DNA of 64,000 nucleotides, taken from assembly GCA_951406725.2 (NCBI GenBank), contig OX597827.1:79050001-79114000 (forward strand). The letters run 5' to 3'. Every line of letters begins with the position of its first letter. The stretch's first letter is position 1. Source of the stretch: Octopus vulgaris. Taxonomy: Eukaryota. A program made the translations under genes and the position numbers. This document shows positions 1 through 12,372 of the stretch, in pieces. The notes under the pieces were generated by a model. It worked only from the letters and a program-made list of their open reading frames with translations. It made no database searches and was not told where the DNA came from.

Positions 1-126
1 AAAATGAACGAACTACTGAGTTTGGTTTAATGGCCTACCAATGTATACTATGAGTTTCTTTGCCCTAGGAGTCGGGAAGACACTCGGCAAGAAATGGAAG
101 CAAATTTGAAAGAAGAAAAAAAAAAG
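1..126 (+). mobile_element. 3' UTR end of a Dong/R4-type LINE
   Basis: Motif GCCCTAGG...ACACTCGGC...AAATTTGAA resembles the 3' UTR of the RLE element at 54081-54155 and is followed directly by (TAA)n. Confidence 0.6.
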
Positions 127-147
127 TAATAATAATAATAATAATAA

Positions 148-1806
148 ACAATCAGCCACCTTTTATATATGGATGGCCTAAAACTATACGCTACAAATGA
201 TAAACAGCTGGAAACACTATTACAGACAGGACATGGATTTACCAAAGAAATAAATATGAAATTTAGATTAGAAAAATGTGTCAAAGCATCCCTGAAAAGA
301 GGAAAACTAGTTAAGAGGAGCAACATCACACTAGATAAAGCCAATGAAATAAGAGAATTAGACCAAAACCAGACATACAAATATTTAGGAATCAATGAAT
401 TAGATATGATACAACACACACAAATGAAAGAGAAAATAAAGAAAGAATTCTATAGATGAGTTAGATCAATACTAAAAACTGAGCTCAATGCTAAAAACAA
501 GATAATAGGTATTAACACTTCAGCTGTCCCAGTTATAAGTTACAGCTACAATATCCTTAACTGGACACTAAATGAACTAACCAAAATAGACAGGAAAACA
601 AGAAAAATAATGACAGGATCTAGGATGCACCACCTAAAATCTAACATAGAAAGGCTATATATACAATGTATAGAAGGTCGTAGAGGCCATATACAGCTGG
701 AAAATTATTATAAAATAACCACCATAGGACTGCAAAAATACCTACTTCAGAAGCAAGGAAAACTAATACAAATAGCCAGAAAACATGAGCAAAACAAAAA
801 CCTGTTCTCAGTATTTAAGGAAGCTGACAAATACAAACAAGAAATAATACCACCTAATAAATATGAAGAAGAAGATGAAGAAACAACAAAAGCTATAAAA
901 CAAATGAAATCCAAACTAAAAATAGAACAGCAACGAACCATGATAAAACGATGGCAAGAAAAGCCCCTTCACGGCAAATACTGGACTAAACTAAATGCAA
1001 AAGAAATAGACAGAGAAAATCCCCAGCAATAGTTGAGAAGCTCAGGACTCAAAGCAGAGACTGAGGGATTTTTAATTGCAGCACCAGACCAAAGCCTCCC
1101 CACCAGAAATTACCAAAAACATATAATGAAAAGAAACATAACAAGTAACTGCAGAATATGTGGAGATGGGCAAGAAACAATAAATCATATTATCTCTGGC
1201 TGCCCAGTCCTGGCTAAGAAGGAATATATTCACAGACACGACAGAGTTGAGACCTACATACACTGGAAACTATGCCAACACTATGGAATAACAACAGAAA
1301 AAAGATGGTATAGGCACACACCACAAAAGGTCACAGAAAACGAGAAAGCAACCATACTCTGGGATATGCCAATACACACAGATAGAGAAATTAAGGCCAA
1401 TAGGCCAGATATAGTTATCAGAGATCATGAAGAAAAAAATGCTTTCTAATTGATGTATCAATACCAGCAGATGACAACGTGTATCTAAAAGAAATGGAGA
1501 AACTTTCAAAAAAACAAAGACCTGGAAACAGAGGTAACTAGAATGTGGAATCTAAAAACAGAAACACTTCCTATCATAGTAGGTGCATTAGGCATGATAA
1601 AAAAATATTCAGACAAATACATAACAAAAACACCAGGACTTACAAACACATATAACATACAGTAAATTGCACTACTAGGCACTGCACACATCCTACACAG
1701 AACACTTTCAATACAGTAACCATCACAACAAATCACAGCACATACCCAAGGCACACAGAGCTGCACTCGGTAGTGCAGTGAAAGCACGATATGAAAATAA
1801 AACTAG

Positions 1807-1808
<2 letters not shown>
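148..1808 (+). mobile_element. 5'-truncated, decayed Dong/R4-clade non-LTR retrotransposon (RT C-terminus, CCHC knuckle, restriction-like endonuclease)
   Basis: ISHLLYMDGLKLYA (YMDD-like RT motif), YKYLG, CRICGDGQETINHIISGC zinc knuckle, RHDRV, ANRPDIV RLE motif; in-frame stops near 457 and 1030 plus frameshifts; (TAA)n on both sides, the known Dong target. Confidence 0.9.
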
Positions 1809-1843
<35 letters not shown>

Positions 1844-1911
1844 TGATGATGATGATGATGATGATAATAATAATAATAATAATGATAATAATAATGATAA
1901 TAATGATGATG

Positions 1912-1957
<46 letters not shown>

Positions 1958-1974
1958 TAATAATAATAATAATG

Positions 1975-2014
<40 letters not shown>

Positions 2015-2031
2015 TAATAATGATGATGATG

Positions 2032-2083
<52 letters not shown>

Positions 2084-2091
2084 TGATGATA

Positions 2092-2126
<35 letters not shown>

Positions 2127-2142
2127 AATAATAATAGTAATG

Positions 2143-2175
<33 letters not shown>

Positions 2176-2178
2176 GTA

Positions 2179-2246
<68 letters not shown>
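1809..2246. repeat. (TAA)n/(TGA)n microsatellite
   Basis: Directly visible. Confidence 0.98.
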
Positions 2247-2247
<1 letters not shown>

Positions 2248-2395
2248 GTTTCAAATTTGGCCACAGGAGTAGCAATTTTTGGAAAGGGGATGAGTCAATT
2301 ACATCGACCCCCAGTGTCCAACTGGTACTTACTTTATCGACCCCGAAAGGATGAAAGGCAAAGTTGACCTCGGCGGAATTTGAACTCAGAACGTA
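2247..2395 (-). mobile_element. SINE family S2 (tRNA-derived), partial
   Basis: Reverse complement of GAGTTCAAATTCCGCCGAGGTCAACTTTGCCTTTCATCCTTTCGGGGTCGATA, shared with 9388-9620. Confidence 0.85.
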
Positions 2396-2405
2396 GCAGC
2401 AGCAG

Positions 2406-2415
2406 AATAATAATA

Positions 2416-2469
<54 letters not shown>

Positions 2470-2523
2470 GTAGTAGTAGTAGTAGTAATAATAATGATTT
2501 CTTTAACAATAACAATAACAATA

Positions 2524-2555
<32 letters not shown>

Positions 2556-2843
2556 AATGATGATGACGACAACAATCACAAAAAATACAAAATCTAGAAC
2601 ATGGAAGCTTCAGATGTTTTCCGGAAATTCCTTGCAAATTAATTCTTTATAAGAAGCAGGCAGCGTCGGTTGCAGCAACAATAGCAGCTGCAAGATATCG
2701 GTGCTGGTGTTGCACATATTTGTTGGCAGCATGCATTGACGGAATGTTGCAAAAATTCTTCAGCAGCAGATGATGACGATGATTATGATGACGACGACGA
2801 TGATAATGGTGAAGCAGGTGACGAGGAAGAAGAAGAAGAAGAA

Positions 2844-2890
<47 letters not shown>

Positions 2891-3155
2891 AGAAGAAGAA
2901 GAAGAAGAAGAAGAAGAAGAAGATGATGACGATGACGGCGATTATGACAATGATGACGATGATGCTGATGATGATGGTGATGATCATCAGATGAAGAAGA
3001 TGATGATAAGAAGATGATAATGATGCTGATGTGATGATGATGCTAATGATGCTAATGATGAAAATGATGATGGTCATTGTAAAGATTGTTGTTGTTGCTG
3101 CTGCTGCTGCTGCTACAACTGTTGTTGTTGTTGTTGCTGCTGCTGCTGCTGCTCC
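2406..3155. repeat. Compound trinucleotide microsatellites (TAA, GAT, GAA, GTT, GCT) around a short unique island at about 2580-2760
   Basis: Directly visible. Confidence 0.9.
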
Positions 3156-3374
3156 TGCTCCCATTTCAGTGTTGGTGTTTTGTTCGGTATGGGCCAGCGA
3201 CATGCCATGCATGCCAGAAGTGAACGGTGACGGGTGGAGAGGATGGAGGAACTGGGGATACGAAGGATGCGGAGAATGTGGTAGTCGTGGCAGATGAGTG
3301 TGTACAAACACACACACACACACACACACTTGTATAGGTACACTCACATATACAAAAATGCATACATATGTACA

Positions 3375-3410
<36 letters not shown>

Positions 3411-3445
3411 CACACACATATATGTATATATATATATATACATTC

Positions 3446-3495
<50 letters not shown>

Positions 3496-3604
3496 ATATA
3501 TTCATATATATGTATATATATATGAATATATATGTGTGTGCGTATATATATATTCATATATATGTATATGCATACATATACGCATGCGCACATGCATATA
3601 TATA

Positions 3605-3765
3605 GGCACAGGAGTGGCTGTGTGGTAAGTAGCTTGCTTACCAACCACATGGTTCTGGTTTCAGTCCCACTGTGTGGCACCTTGGGCAAGTGTCTTCTAC
3701 TATACCCATGGGTTGACCAAAGCCTTGTGAATGGATTCGGTAGACGGAAACTGAAAGAAGCACAC
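3605..3765 (+). mobile_element. SINE family S1 5' half (tRNA head plus CORE-like block)
   Basis: A-box-like TGGCTGTGTGG, B-box-like GGTTTCAGTCCC, ACCTTGGGCAAGTG; many copies in window. Confidence 0.85.
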
Positions 3766-4211
3766 GGAACACACAGCTGCATATTGACACACATACATAC
3801 ACACATGGTGACATACAGGAACAGAAAGACACACACAAAAACTGACATACACACATACATTGGCAAAGATGTACACACACACACACACACTTCTGTTAGT
3901 TTCATGAATGACTGACGGAGACAATGTAAACAGTGGTTTAGTAGATTTCAAATGTTTTTGTTGTTGTTGTTGTTCAACACCAGGTTATCTCACTTTCAAC
4001 AAATTACTGATTATAGCTATTCCAACCATGACCATCCAGTTTTTTCAATCATATCAACGGGGGATATACGTTGAAGGATATGTTGCCGACACGTTTTGGT
4101 AGAATTCCTATCTCTCATCTGTTGGTGACATCCAACTCTCTGTCTATCAGTCTCCCTATTTAACTTTGTGTGTCTATCTACACACATGAACACACACACA
4201 CACGCACACAC

Positions 4212-4279
<68 letters not shown>

Positions 4280-4492
4280 CACACACACATGCACACACAA
4301 CACACACATACACACACAACACACACATATACACACAACACACACACAACACACACACAACACACATACAACACACAAATACACACACATACACACACAT
4401 GCACACACATACACAAATGCACGTTCACACACATACACAGACATACACACACAGACACATGTGCGCACACGCGTGCACGTGCACACATACAG

Positions 4493-4523
<31 letters not shown>

Positions 4524-4534
4524 TTTACCTACCA

Positions 4535-5130
4535 TTTGTTTCAGGCATTAGGCTGTGGCCATGCTGGGGCACAACTTGGACAGGTTCAGTCAAACAAACT
4601 AAATACAGGAATTATTTATTTTTTTAAAGCTTAGTATTTATTCTATCGAACTATTTTGCTGAGCTGCTAAGTTACAGGGATGTAAACACACCAACACCAG
4701 TTGTCAAGCAGTGGAGAGGGAGGACAATCACAAGCACCAACACACATACATATATATATCTGTACATACATACATACAGACACACATACACATACATATA
4801 TACATGTGTACATACATACATACATACATACATACAGACAGACACACATACAAATACATACATACACATACATATATACATGTATCGATACATCCATACA
4901 GACACACATACATACATATATACATGCATGCATGTGTCCATGTATACATACATACATACACATACATATATACATGTGTACAAACATACATACATGCATG
5001 CATACATACATACATACATACATACATACATACATACGGCAGGCTTCTTTCAGTTTCTTTTTACCAAATCCACTTGCAAGGCTTTGGCCTTTGTGGGGCT
5101 GCAGTAGAAGACACTTTCCCAAAATACCAT
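4535..5130 (-). mobile_element. SINE family S1 with internal (CATA)n microsatellite
   Basis: Tail and body match the S1 copy at 7460-7960 in reverse. Confidence 0.8.
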
Positions 5131-5802
5131 GCATGTATGTATATGTAGGGGCCAATATGCAAAGTAGTGCTTATATATTTTTTATTAACTGTAAAGCTTC
5201 ACCAGTAACTTAAGAGCTTAGGGGTTTATTCATGGCATTACCAAACCTGAGGCCCTTAACCTTTTTATTACCATATTTCCATTGAAATACACTAATCAGT
5301 TTTGAAAATAATAAAGAATTTTGTAAAATAACTTTGTCATAATTTTAAAGTTTTTGAAGGCTCAGTCCATCTGGTTGAACCAAAAAGCACCACATCAGAC
5401 ATGGACAATCTGTTTTTAGCAGCAACCCTTATGAAATAATGCTGAGTTTAAATTCCATGAAGTTTACCTTTACCATTCAGCCTTTTGGAGTCAATAAATA
5501 AAATACCAGTGCTGTACTGGGGTCAACAGGCCAATTTCTTTTCTGTCTCATCATTTCTTGCAGCCTAACTCTTTGTCTCTTTCTGGAAGAAATCCCCTGT
5601 AGTTTCAACCAAAGAGGGAGCAGAAGGTTCTGCCTGGTCTCAAAATGTCCAAGACATGCTATATATGACAATAGTGCCTTAACAATTTCCCCAAGGACTT
5701 GGGGCCCCAAAGTCAGGCCAAATATAAGAGAAGCAGACCTAACGATGATGGTTCAACATTCTTGTAAAGTGTTCAACTCACTTTAAACATCTTTTAGTGA
5801 TA

Positions 5803-5858
5803 TCCGATCCTTCCGATCCTTCCGATCCTTCCGATCCTTCCGATCCTTCCGATCCTTC
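5803..5858. repeat. 9-bp tandem repeat (TCCGATCCT) x6
   Basis: Directly visible perfect units. Confidence 0.95.
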
Positions 5859-5960
5859 CTCTGTTTATTCTGTGTCCCACTGACAACTTTTATCATTCAT
5901 ATTTTTTTGTTGCTTTTACTTCTTTAGATCCTGGTTTTTAAAATAGGTCCATAAACTGTG

Positions 5961-6270
5961 CATCATCATCATCATCATCATCATCATTTAACATCTGCCT
6001 TCCATGCTGGAATGGGTGAGATGAGAAACCTGCACCAAACTTCTGTAACTGTTTTGGCAGGATTTTTACAGCTGGATGCCCCTCCTAACACCAATCACTC
6101 AGCAGAGTGGACTTGGTGCTTTTTATGTGGCACAAGCACAGGCGAGGTCAGTTTTGGCAAGGTTTTTACAGCTGTATGCCCTTCCAAATGCCAACCACTT
6201 TACAGTGTGGACTAGATGCTTTCTAAATGGCACCTGCACTGACAGGGTCACCAAGTACACTGCAAGACAA
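5961..6270 (-). mobile_element. RTE-type LINE 3' end / SINE-like family S3
   Basis: (CAT)n tail then TTTAACATCTGCCTTCCATGCTGG and CAGCTGGATGCCC block shared by about 20 copies. Confidence 0.75.
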
Positions 6271-6494
6271 AACTAATGGGTTGACATCAGGAAGGGCATC
6301 CAACTGTAAAATATTGCCTCAAATAATCCTGTCTACTTGATGCCAACATGGAATTATGTAGAGAAAAAATAATGTTGATGGTGGTGGTGATGTTGTTATT
6401 GTTAATGATGATGATGATGATGATGATGACAACTTGTCGTGTGTAAGTCTTGCTAACTGTGTGAAATATTCTTCTGTGAGGGGGTCTAAAACTG

Positions 6495-6807
6495 GCACTC
6501 TGTCAGTTATCACCATGAGAGTTGCAGGTGATCAAACGGAACATCCTCCTCATGAAATTCCTGAGCAAGTGACTGAGTTCTCCACAGACATGTGTACCCT
6601 TCATGTAGTTCTCAGGGAGAATCAGTGTGACACAGAATGTGACAAGGCTGGTCCTTTGAAGTACAAGTCCAACTCACTTTTTGCCAATGGAGGGGACTGG
6701 AACAATGGAAAATAAAGAGTCTTGCCCAAGGACACAACACACCACCAGGAATTAAACTTGCAAGCTTATGATCATGATCTAAATACCCTAATCATTAAGA
6801 CACGTAT
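6495..6807 (-). mobile_element. SINE family S4 (tRNA head plus CORE-like), diverged
   Basis: Reverse match to 16823-17080 and 18598-18925. Confidence 0.75.
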
Positions 6808-6836
6808 CTGAAGAGGTCTGATAAGACTGAAACGTG
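6808..6836 (+). ncRNA. Degenerate minimal hammerhead motif (PLE-like remnant)
   Basis: CTGAAGA, stem II GGTCT-GATA-AGACT, GAAAC-GT; stem I not recoverable because a SINE abuts the 5' side. Confidence 0.35.
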
Positions 6837-6980
6837 GCCATCACTTTTCCTCAGTTGCCTTCAAAGACAAGACTCACTCTCACCTCCACAGTCTTTATTC
6901 CCCCTAAATTTTAAATGTCTGGTCTGATTAGCTTTATCTATTTTGCATATTGTTCTTGGATTTTAAACACTAGTAGTAAG

Positions 6981-7141
6981 ACATTATTTACATTATTTAC
7001 ATTCGACAGATATTTGTCCTCATCTTGTTTGTTGTTAACACATAATGTTTCAGCTGATATACCTTCCAGCCTTCATCAGGTGTCTTGGGGGAAATTTCGA
7101 ACCTGGGTTCTCATTCCTAAGGTATTTTTCGATGTTGTTGT

Positions 7142-7174
<33 letters not shown>

Positions 7175-7250
7175 TCAGGTCATTGCTTGGAATCGAACTC
7201 GGAATCTTGGGGTTAGTAGCCCACGCTCTTAACCACTATGCCATATGCCC
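6981..7250 (-). mobile_element. tRNA-headed SINE family S6 carrying a hammerhead motif (7037-7084)
   Basis: Minus strand: GGGCATATGGCATAGTGGTTAAG (A box), GAGTTCGATTC (B box), (AAT)n, GACAC-CTGATGA-A-GGCTG..CAGCT-GAAAC, tail (ATGTAAATA)n. Confidence 0.85.
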
Positions 7251-7459
7251 ATATTAGGATTTTTTATCTAGTAATTGCAAAGATAATCCCAACTGATTGA
7301 AGCTCTTCAACTCACAACATTACCTAAGTGATGCTGATTGTATGAACAGAGAATGTTACCCCCACCCCACCCTTAGGTAAGTTCCTATGGTCATGTGATT
7401 ATATAGATGTTACATGCACATATGACAAGTGTGTATCCCATCACAAGCATGTATATTTA

Positions 7460-7960
7460 ACAGGAGTGGCTGTGTGGTAAGTAGATAGCTTACCAACTAC
7501 ATTGTTCCTGGTTCAGTCCCATTGTGTGGAATCTTGGGCAATTGCCTTCTACTATAGTCTTGGGCCAACCAAAGCCTTATGAGTGGATTTGGTAGACAGA
7601 AACTGAAAGAAGCCTGTCGTGTATATATATATATGTGTGTGTGTGTATGTGTGTGTATATGTACACATTTGTGTGTCTGTGTTTGTCCCCCCTCCACCAT
7701 CGTTTGACAACCAATGCTAGAGTGTTTACATTTCTGTAACTTAGCAGTTTGGCAAAAGAAACCAATAGAATAAGTACTAAGCTTACAAAAAATAAGTCCT
7801 GGGGTCAATTTACTTCATGGTTTGGCAAAAGGGATGGATAGAATAAGTACTAGGCTTACAAAGAATAAGTCTTGGGGTTGATTTGTTCAACTAAAGGTGC
7901 TGCTCCAGCATGGCCGCAGTCAAATGACTGAAACAAGTAGAAGAATAAAAGAATAAAAAA
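7460..7960 (+). mobile_element. SINE family S1, full length, with partly duplicated 3' body
   Basis: Head AGGAGTGGCTGTGTGGTAAG, internal (TA/TG)n, tail CCAGCATGGCCGCAGTCAAATGACTGAAACAAG. Confidence 0.9.
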
Positions 7961-8221
7961 ATATGATATCAAATATTTGCAGACATTCAAGGCTCAAGGG
8001 TCCATCCTGAGCCATAAGTTCAGATCTGGGCTCATTTCCCAGATCCTGTGACAAATCCCTTTAACATCCAAAGCAGTCATATTGAGCCTGTATATTCTAT
8101 TTATGCTTAAAACTGTCCGGATCTGGCCTCTTACATCTACTCTACATTATCATTCTGAAAATAAGCAACCACGTAATCCAAATGTCAGGCCTATATGATA
8201 ATGCATAATTAATACAAAACA

Positions 8222-8285
8222 ATAGCCTCGGGCCGACCAAAGACTTGAGAGTGGATTTGGCAGGCAGAAACTGAAAGTAGCCTGT

Positions 8286-8327
<42 letters not shown>

Positions 8328-8700
8328 TTTGTTCTGGTTACAGAACAAATATTAAATTTGGGCCAACGACTTTACATACAACACCACCACTCAAACATTT
8401 AATCGTATATAAAAATCACCATGGTTTTCAAACACATAAAAAAAAATAATACATATACATAAAATTACATATATGTGTATGTGTGTGTGTATGGTTGTCC
8501 TCCCAACATCGCTTGACAACTGGTGCTGGTGTGTTTATATCCCCAAAACTTAGCATATCCCCAAAACTTCAGCATAAGAGACCGATAAAATAAGTACTAG
8601 GCTTACAAAGAATAAGTCCTGGGGTTGATTTACTTGACTAAAGGCGGCACTCCAGCATGGCCACAGTCAAATGACTGAAACAAGTAAAGAAATAAAAGAA
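8222..8700 (+). mobile_element. SINE family S1, 5'-truncated, with extra sequence inside its microsatellite
   Basis: Body and tail match S1. Confidence 0.8.
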
Positions 8701-8710
8701 TATATATATA

Positions 8711-8872
8711 TCGCTAGCCACTACACATTCTTTATTTTCCCTCCTTGTTTCTTTCTGTGGAGGAGTATAGGCTTGAAACATTAAAGACTTTTTCACTTCC
8801 CAAGCATTAAACTAATACATCTGATTGTTGTCTACACCACCTGTCTTTGTCTTTTTTTTTTTAATTCTCCCT
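8711..8872 (+). mobile_element. PLE-like terminal remnant family P2 with decayed hammerhead (8751-8786)
   Basis: Homologous to 10930-11100 (minus); (TA)n on both sides; CTTT-CTGTGGA..GAGT-ATAG-GCTT-GAAACATT-AAAG. Confidence 0.55.
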
Positions 8873-9387
8873 ATATATATTGGTTTTTTTGTGAAATCTT
8901 CCGACATATATATATAAATCAGTATTTAAGTGTTGGGTTTGTTCCTAGCAGTCAGCCGATAGAGCACTTCCACTGCTTATGGCTATCTCATGTCACCCAC
9001 TGTATTTATACAATTGTCGCTGGATCTACCTCAGGAATTCCTCAGGTTTAAACATACTGCCACTAACAACGAGTGTCAAAACCGAATGAAAAAGTCATCC
9101 CTTATAACATCACCTGGGGATGTGCATCTGCCAAGAGGGATGCATCACAACCAGCTGTGCAGAATCCCGCCCACGAGGGATCGATGCAGGATGCATTGAA
9201 ACGATTATTATGAGCAATAAAGTTTCTTGCATATCCCATTTTCTGTCTCCGTCATCTGTTATATATATGTACATTATATATTACACACACACACACACAT
9301 GCACACACATGTGTGTATGTGTGCATCTGTTTTATCCCCCACCACCACCACCACTTGACAATCGGCGTTGGTATGCTTATGCCCCAG

Positions 9388-9620
9388 GGCGATGAGCTGG
9401 CAGAAATGTTAGCATGCCGGGCAAAGTGCTTTGTGGTATTTTGTCTGCCGTTACGTTCTGAGTTCAAATTCCGCCGAGGTCGACTTTACCTTTCATCCTT
9501 TCGGGGTCGATAAATTAAGTACCAGTTACACACTGGGGTTGATATAATAGACTTAATCCATCTGTCCATCCTTGTTTGTCTCCTCTGTGTTTAGCCCCTT
9601 GTGGGCAGTAAAGAAATAGG
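9388..9620 (+). mobile_element. SINE family S2, full length
   Basis: A-box-like TGGCAGAAATGTT, B box GAGTTCAAATTCC, conserved central block and tail TTTAGCCCCTTGTGGG. Confidence 0.9.
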
Positions 9621-10289
9621 TATGTTTACGCTCCAGTAACTTTGTGGTTTGGCAAAAAAGATTGATAGAATAAGTGCCATAGCTGAATTTAATAGTACGT
9701 AAGCAATCGTTGTGTGATCCTAGCAAATGGTTTTTACACAATCTCTCTATAGTCGTAGACTGGCAATTCAGGTCATCTGAAGTTCAGCTCAGGTATGTGA
9801 TGTTGATAAGCCACAAAAATGATGAAACACTGATATCCATCACTCCTGAATGCAATTGGAGGGGAGTTGTCTTACCTGTCTACCACTTTCAGGTGTTTTA
9901 ACTCCCAATGTTTTAAGGGAGTCATTGCCAGTATATACTGGTGTATATACCTTGTTATTTACACACGTACTCAAAAACACCCCATTATGTTACATACGCA
10001 CACACACACACACACAAACATTTTCATAGGTACATACACAAGCACCTAGTTACACATAGACACACACACACACATCCATACCCCTTACATTTCTTTGTCT
10101 GCCTGTCTGTCTGTCTGTCCGTCCCCGGAGCAGTGTACCACAGCATACAAGCAAAATATGTGCATGCATTGAGTATGTGTGGTTGATAATGTTCATGTGT
10201 GTGTGTGTGTGTGTGTGTGCATGTGTGTGTGTGTATGTGTGTATGTGTGTGTGTGTATGTGTGTGTGTATGTGTGTGTGTGTGTGTGTG

Positions 10290-10650
10290 TGGTTTAGAAG
10301 CTCAGTTTACAAACATCTCGTTTGGGGTTTGTGCCCCTGTGCTGCACCTTGGGCAAATGTTATCTACTACAGCCCTAGGCCAATGAATAGTTTGAGTGAA
10401 TTCGGTAGTTGGAAACTGTATGGAAGCCCACCACGTGTGTGTGTGTGTGTGTTTCCTTTGTGCTTGTCCCCCAACACCTGACAACCAGTGTTGGTTTGTT
10501 TGCTTCCCTGTAACTTAGTGGTTCAGAAAAAGAGACTGATAAAATATATACCTGACTTAAAAAGTATTTTTGAGATCAATTTGCTCAAGTAAATCTTTCA
10601 AGGTGGTGCCCCAGCATGGCCACAGTCCAACGAATGAAACAAGAAGAATA
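10290..10650 (+). mobile_element. SINE family S1, diverged
   Basis: CACCTTGGGCAAATG body and CCAGCATGGCCACAGTC tail. Confidence 0.75.
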
Positions 10651-10857
10651 CATTCGCATGCGCACACACATACACACACACACACACACATACACACACG
10701 TATAATACATGCATACATATATATATATGCATACATACATATATATATATACACACACACATACATATATATGTTTAAAGATATATATATACACATACAT
10801 ACGTACATACATGCATAATCACACACACACATCCACACACACACATACACACACATA

Positions 10858-10905
<48 letters not shown>

Positions 10906-10929
10906 GATAGATAGATAGATAGATAGATA

Positions 10930-11100
10930 TAGTAAGAATTTACACAAAAAAACAAACAACAAAAGACGATGACGGGTGTGTAAACAACAAACAGGTGTAT
11001 TAGTTTAACGCTCGGGAAGTGAGAAAGTGTTTTACGTTTCGAGCCTATGCTCTTCGACAGAAAGAAACAGGGAGAGAGAAAATAGGAAAATGTATAGGGA
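10930..11100 (-). mobile_element. PLE-like terminal remnant family P2 with minimal hammerhead-like motif (11030-11063)
   Basis: Minus strand TTT-CTGTCGA-A-GAGC-ATAG-GCTC-GAAA-CGTA-AAA; core differs from canonical at A6. Confidence 0.6.
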
Positions 11101-11145
11101 CTCAAGTGCGGATTGAGAGAAACGACAGGTTACACATGGGCAGAA

Positions 11146-11176
<31 letters not shown>

Positions 11177-11566
11177 TGTGTATACATACATACATACATG
11201 TATATGTATATATATATATATATACTGTGCGTATCAAAATAAATGCACACATAAAAGATAAAACGTACACATTTATGTGTACATGTACACATATGCCCAG
11301 TTACACACACATGCACCTACAGACACACACACACACCTTGTTATAGACACACATACTCACAAAGACCGTGTTATCTTACATATACACACACACAAACACA
11401 TTTCCACAGGTACATACACAAACACCTAGTTATACATAGACACACAAATAAACACTCATACACATACACACGCACACAACCACACCCCCTACACTTCTGT
11501 CTGTCTGTCTCTCTCCCTCTCTTTCTGTGTGTGTGTGTGTCTCTCCCTCTCTCTCTCTCTCTCTCT

Positions 11567-11638
<72 letters not shown>

Positions 11639-11999
11639 GCCTACACACACGCACACATACGACCACCCTCCCATACCCTCCACCCCCAACAACAAGTTTC
11701 TATCTGTGTCCCCCCCCTCCTCCCCCACTCCACCATATTTACATAAATGTGACCAGCATTCTTCTCTATTGATGTCACCGACTGCTACTAACAACAACAA
11801 CAACAGCAGCCACAACCACAAGCACAACAACAACAACAACAACAACAGACAGGCCATACATCTCAACATCACTGACTCTATCGATTTTTTGACAAAAGGG
11901 AACACGTTTGTTCTTCAGCTCCTTTCTTCCCCTTCATTAAACATTTTTCTCCTCTTCTTCATCTCTCTCTCTCTCTCTCTCTCTCACCGGCTCACTTAG

Positions 12000-12040
<41 letters not shown>

Positions 12041-12178
12041 CTAAAATCTACCCCTGCCCCCTATCTTCAGCCTCTAATCAGTTCAATACACTCTATCATT
12101 TCTCTGTCCCCTTCATCCTTATTCCCCAGCCCCAATTCATATTTGTTCTCCTTAATCTCTTCGCTCTCTCTTTCCCAT

Positions 12179-12209
<31 letters not shown>

Positions 12210-12310
12210 CTCTCTCTCTCTCTCCCTCTCTCTCTCTGTATACACAGATGCTAGCATATGCACGTGTGTGTGTGTATGTATATATATATACACACACACA
12301 CTCACTCGCT

Positions 12311-12372
<62 letters not shown>

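Noticed and set aside
148-1719. Active retrotransposon ORF
   Set aside because: 5'-truncated, catalytic YMDD reads YMDG, and there are multiple stops and frameshifts.
1733-3017. Poly-N, poly-L, poly-I and poly-E/D ORFs
   Set aside because: Trinucleotide microsatellites with no domain or splice support.
11735-11905. Signal-peptide-like minus-strand ORF ([11 protein letters not shown]...)
   Set aside because: The hydrophobic run is a (TTG)n repeat, the donor is weak and no downstream exon was identified.
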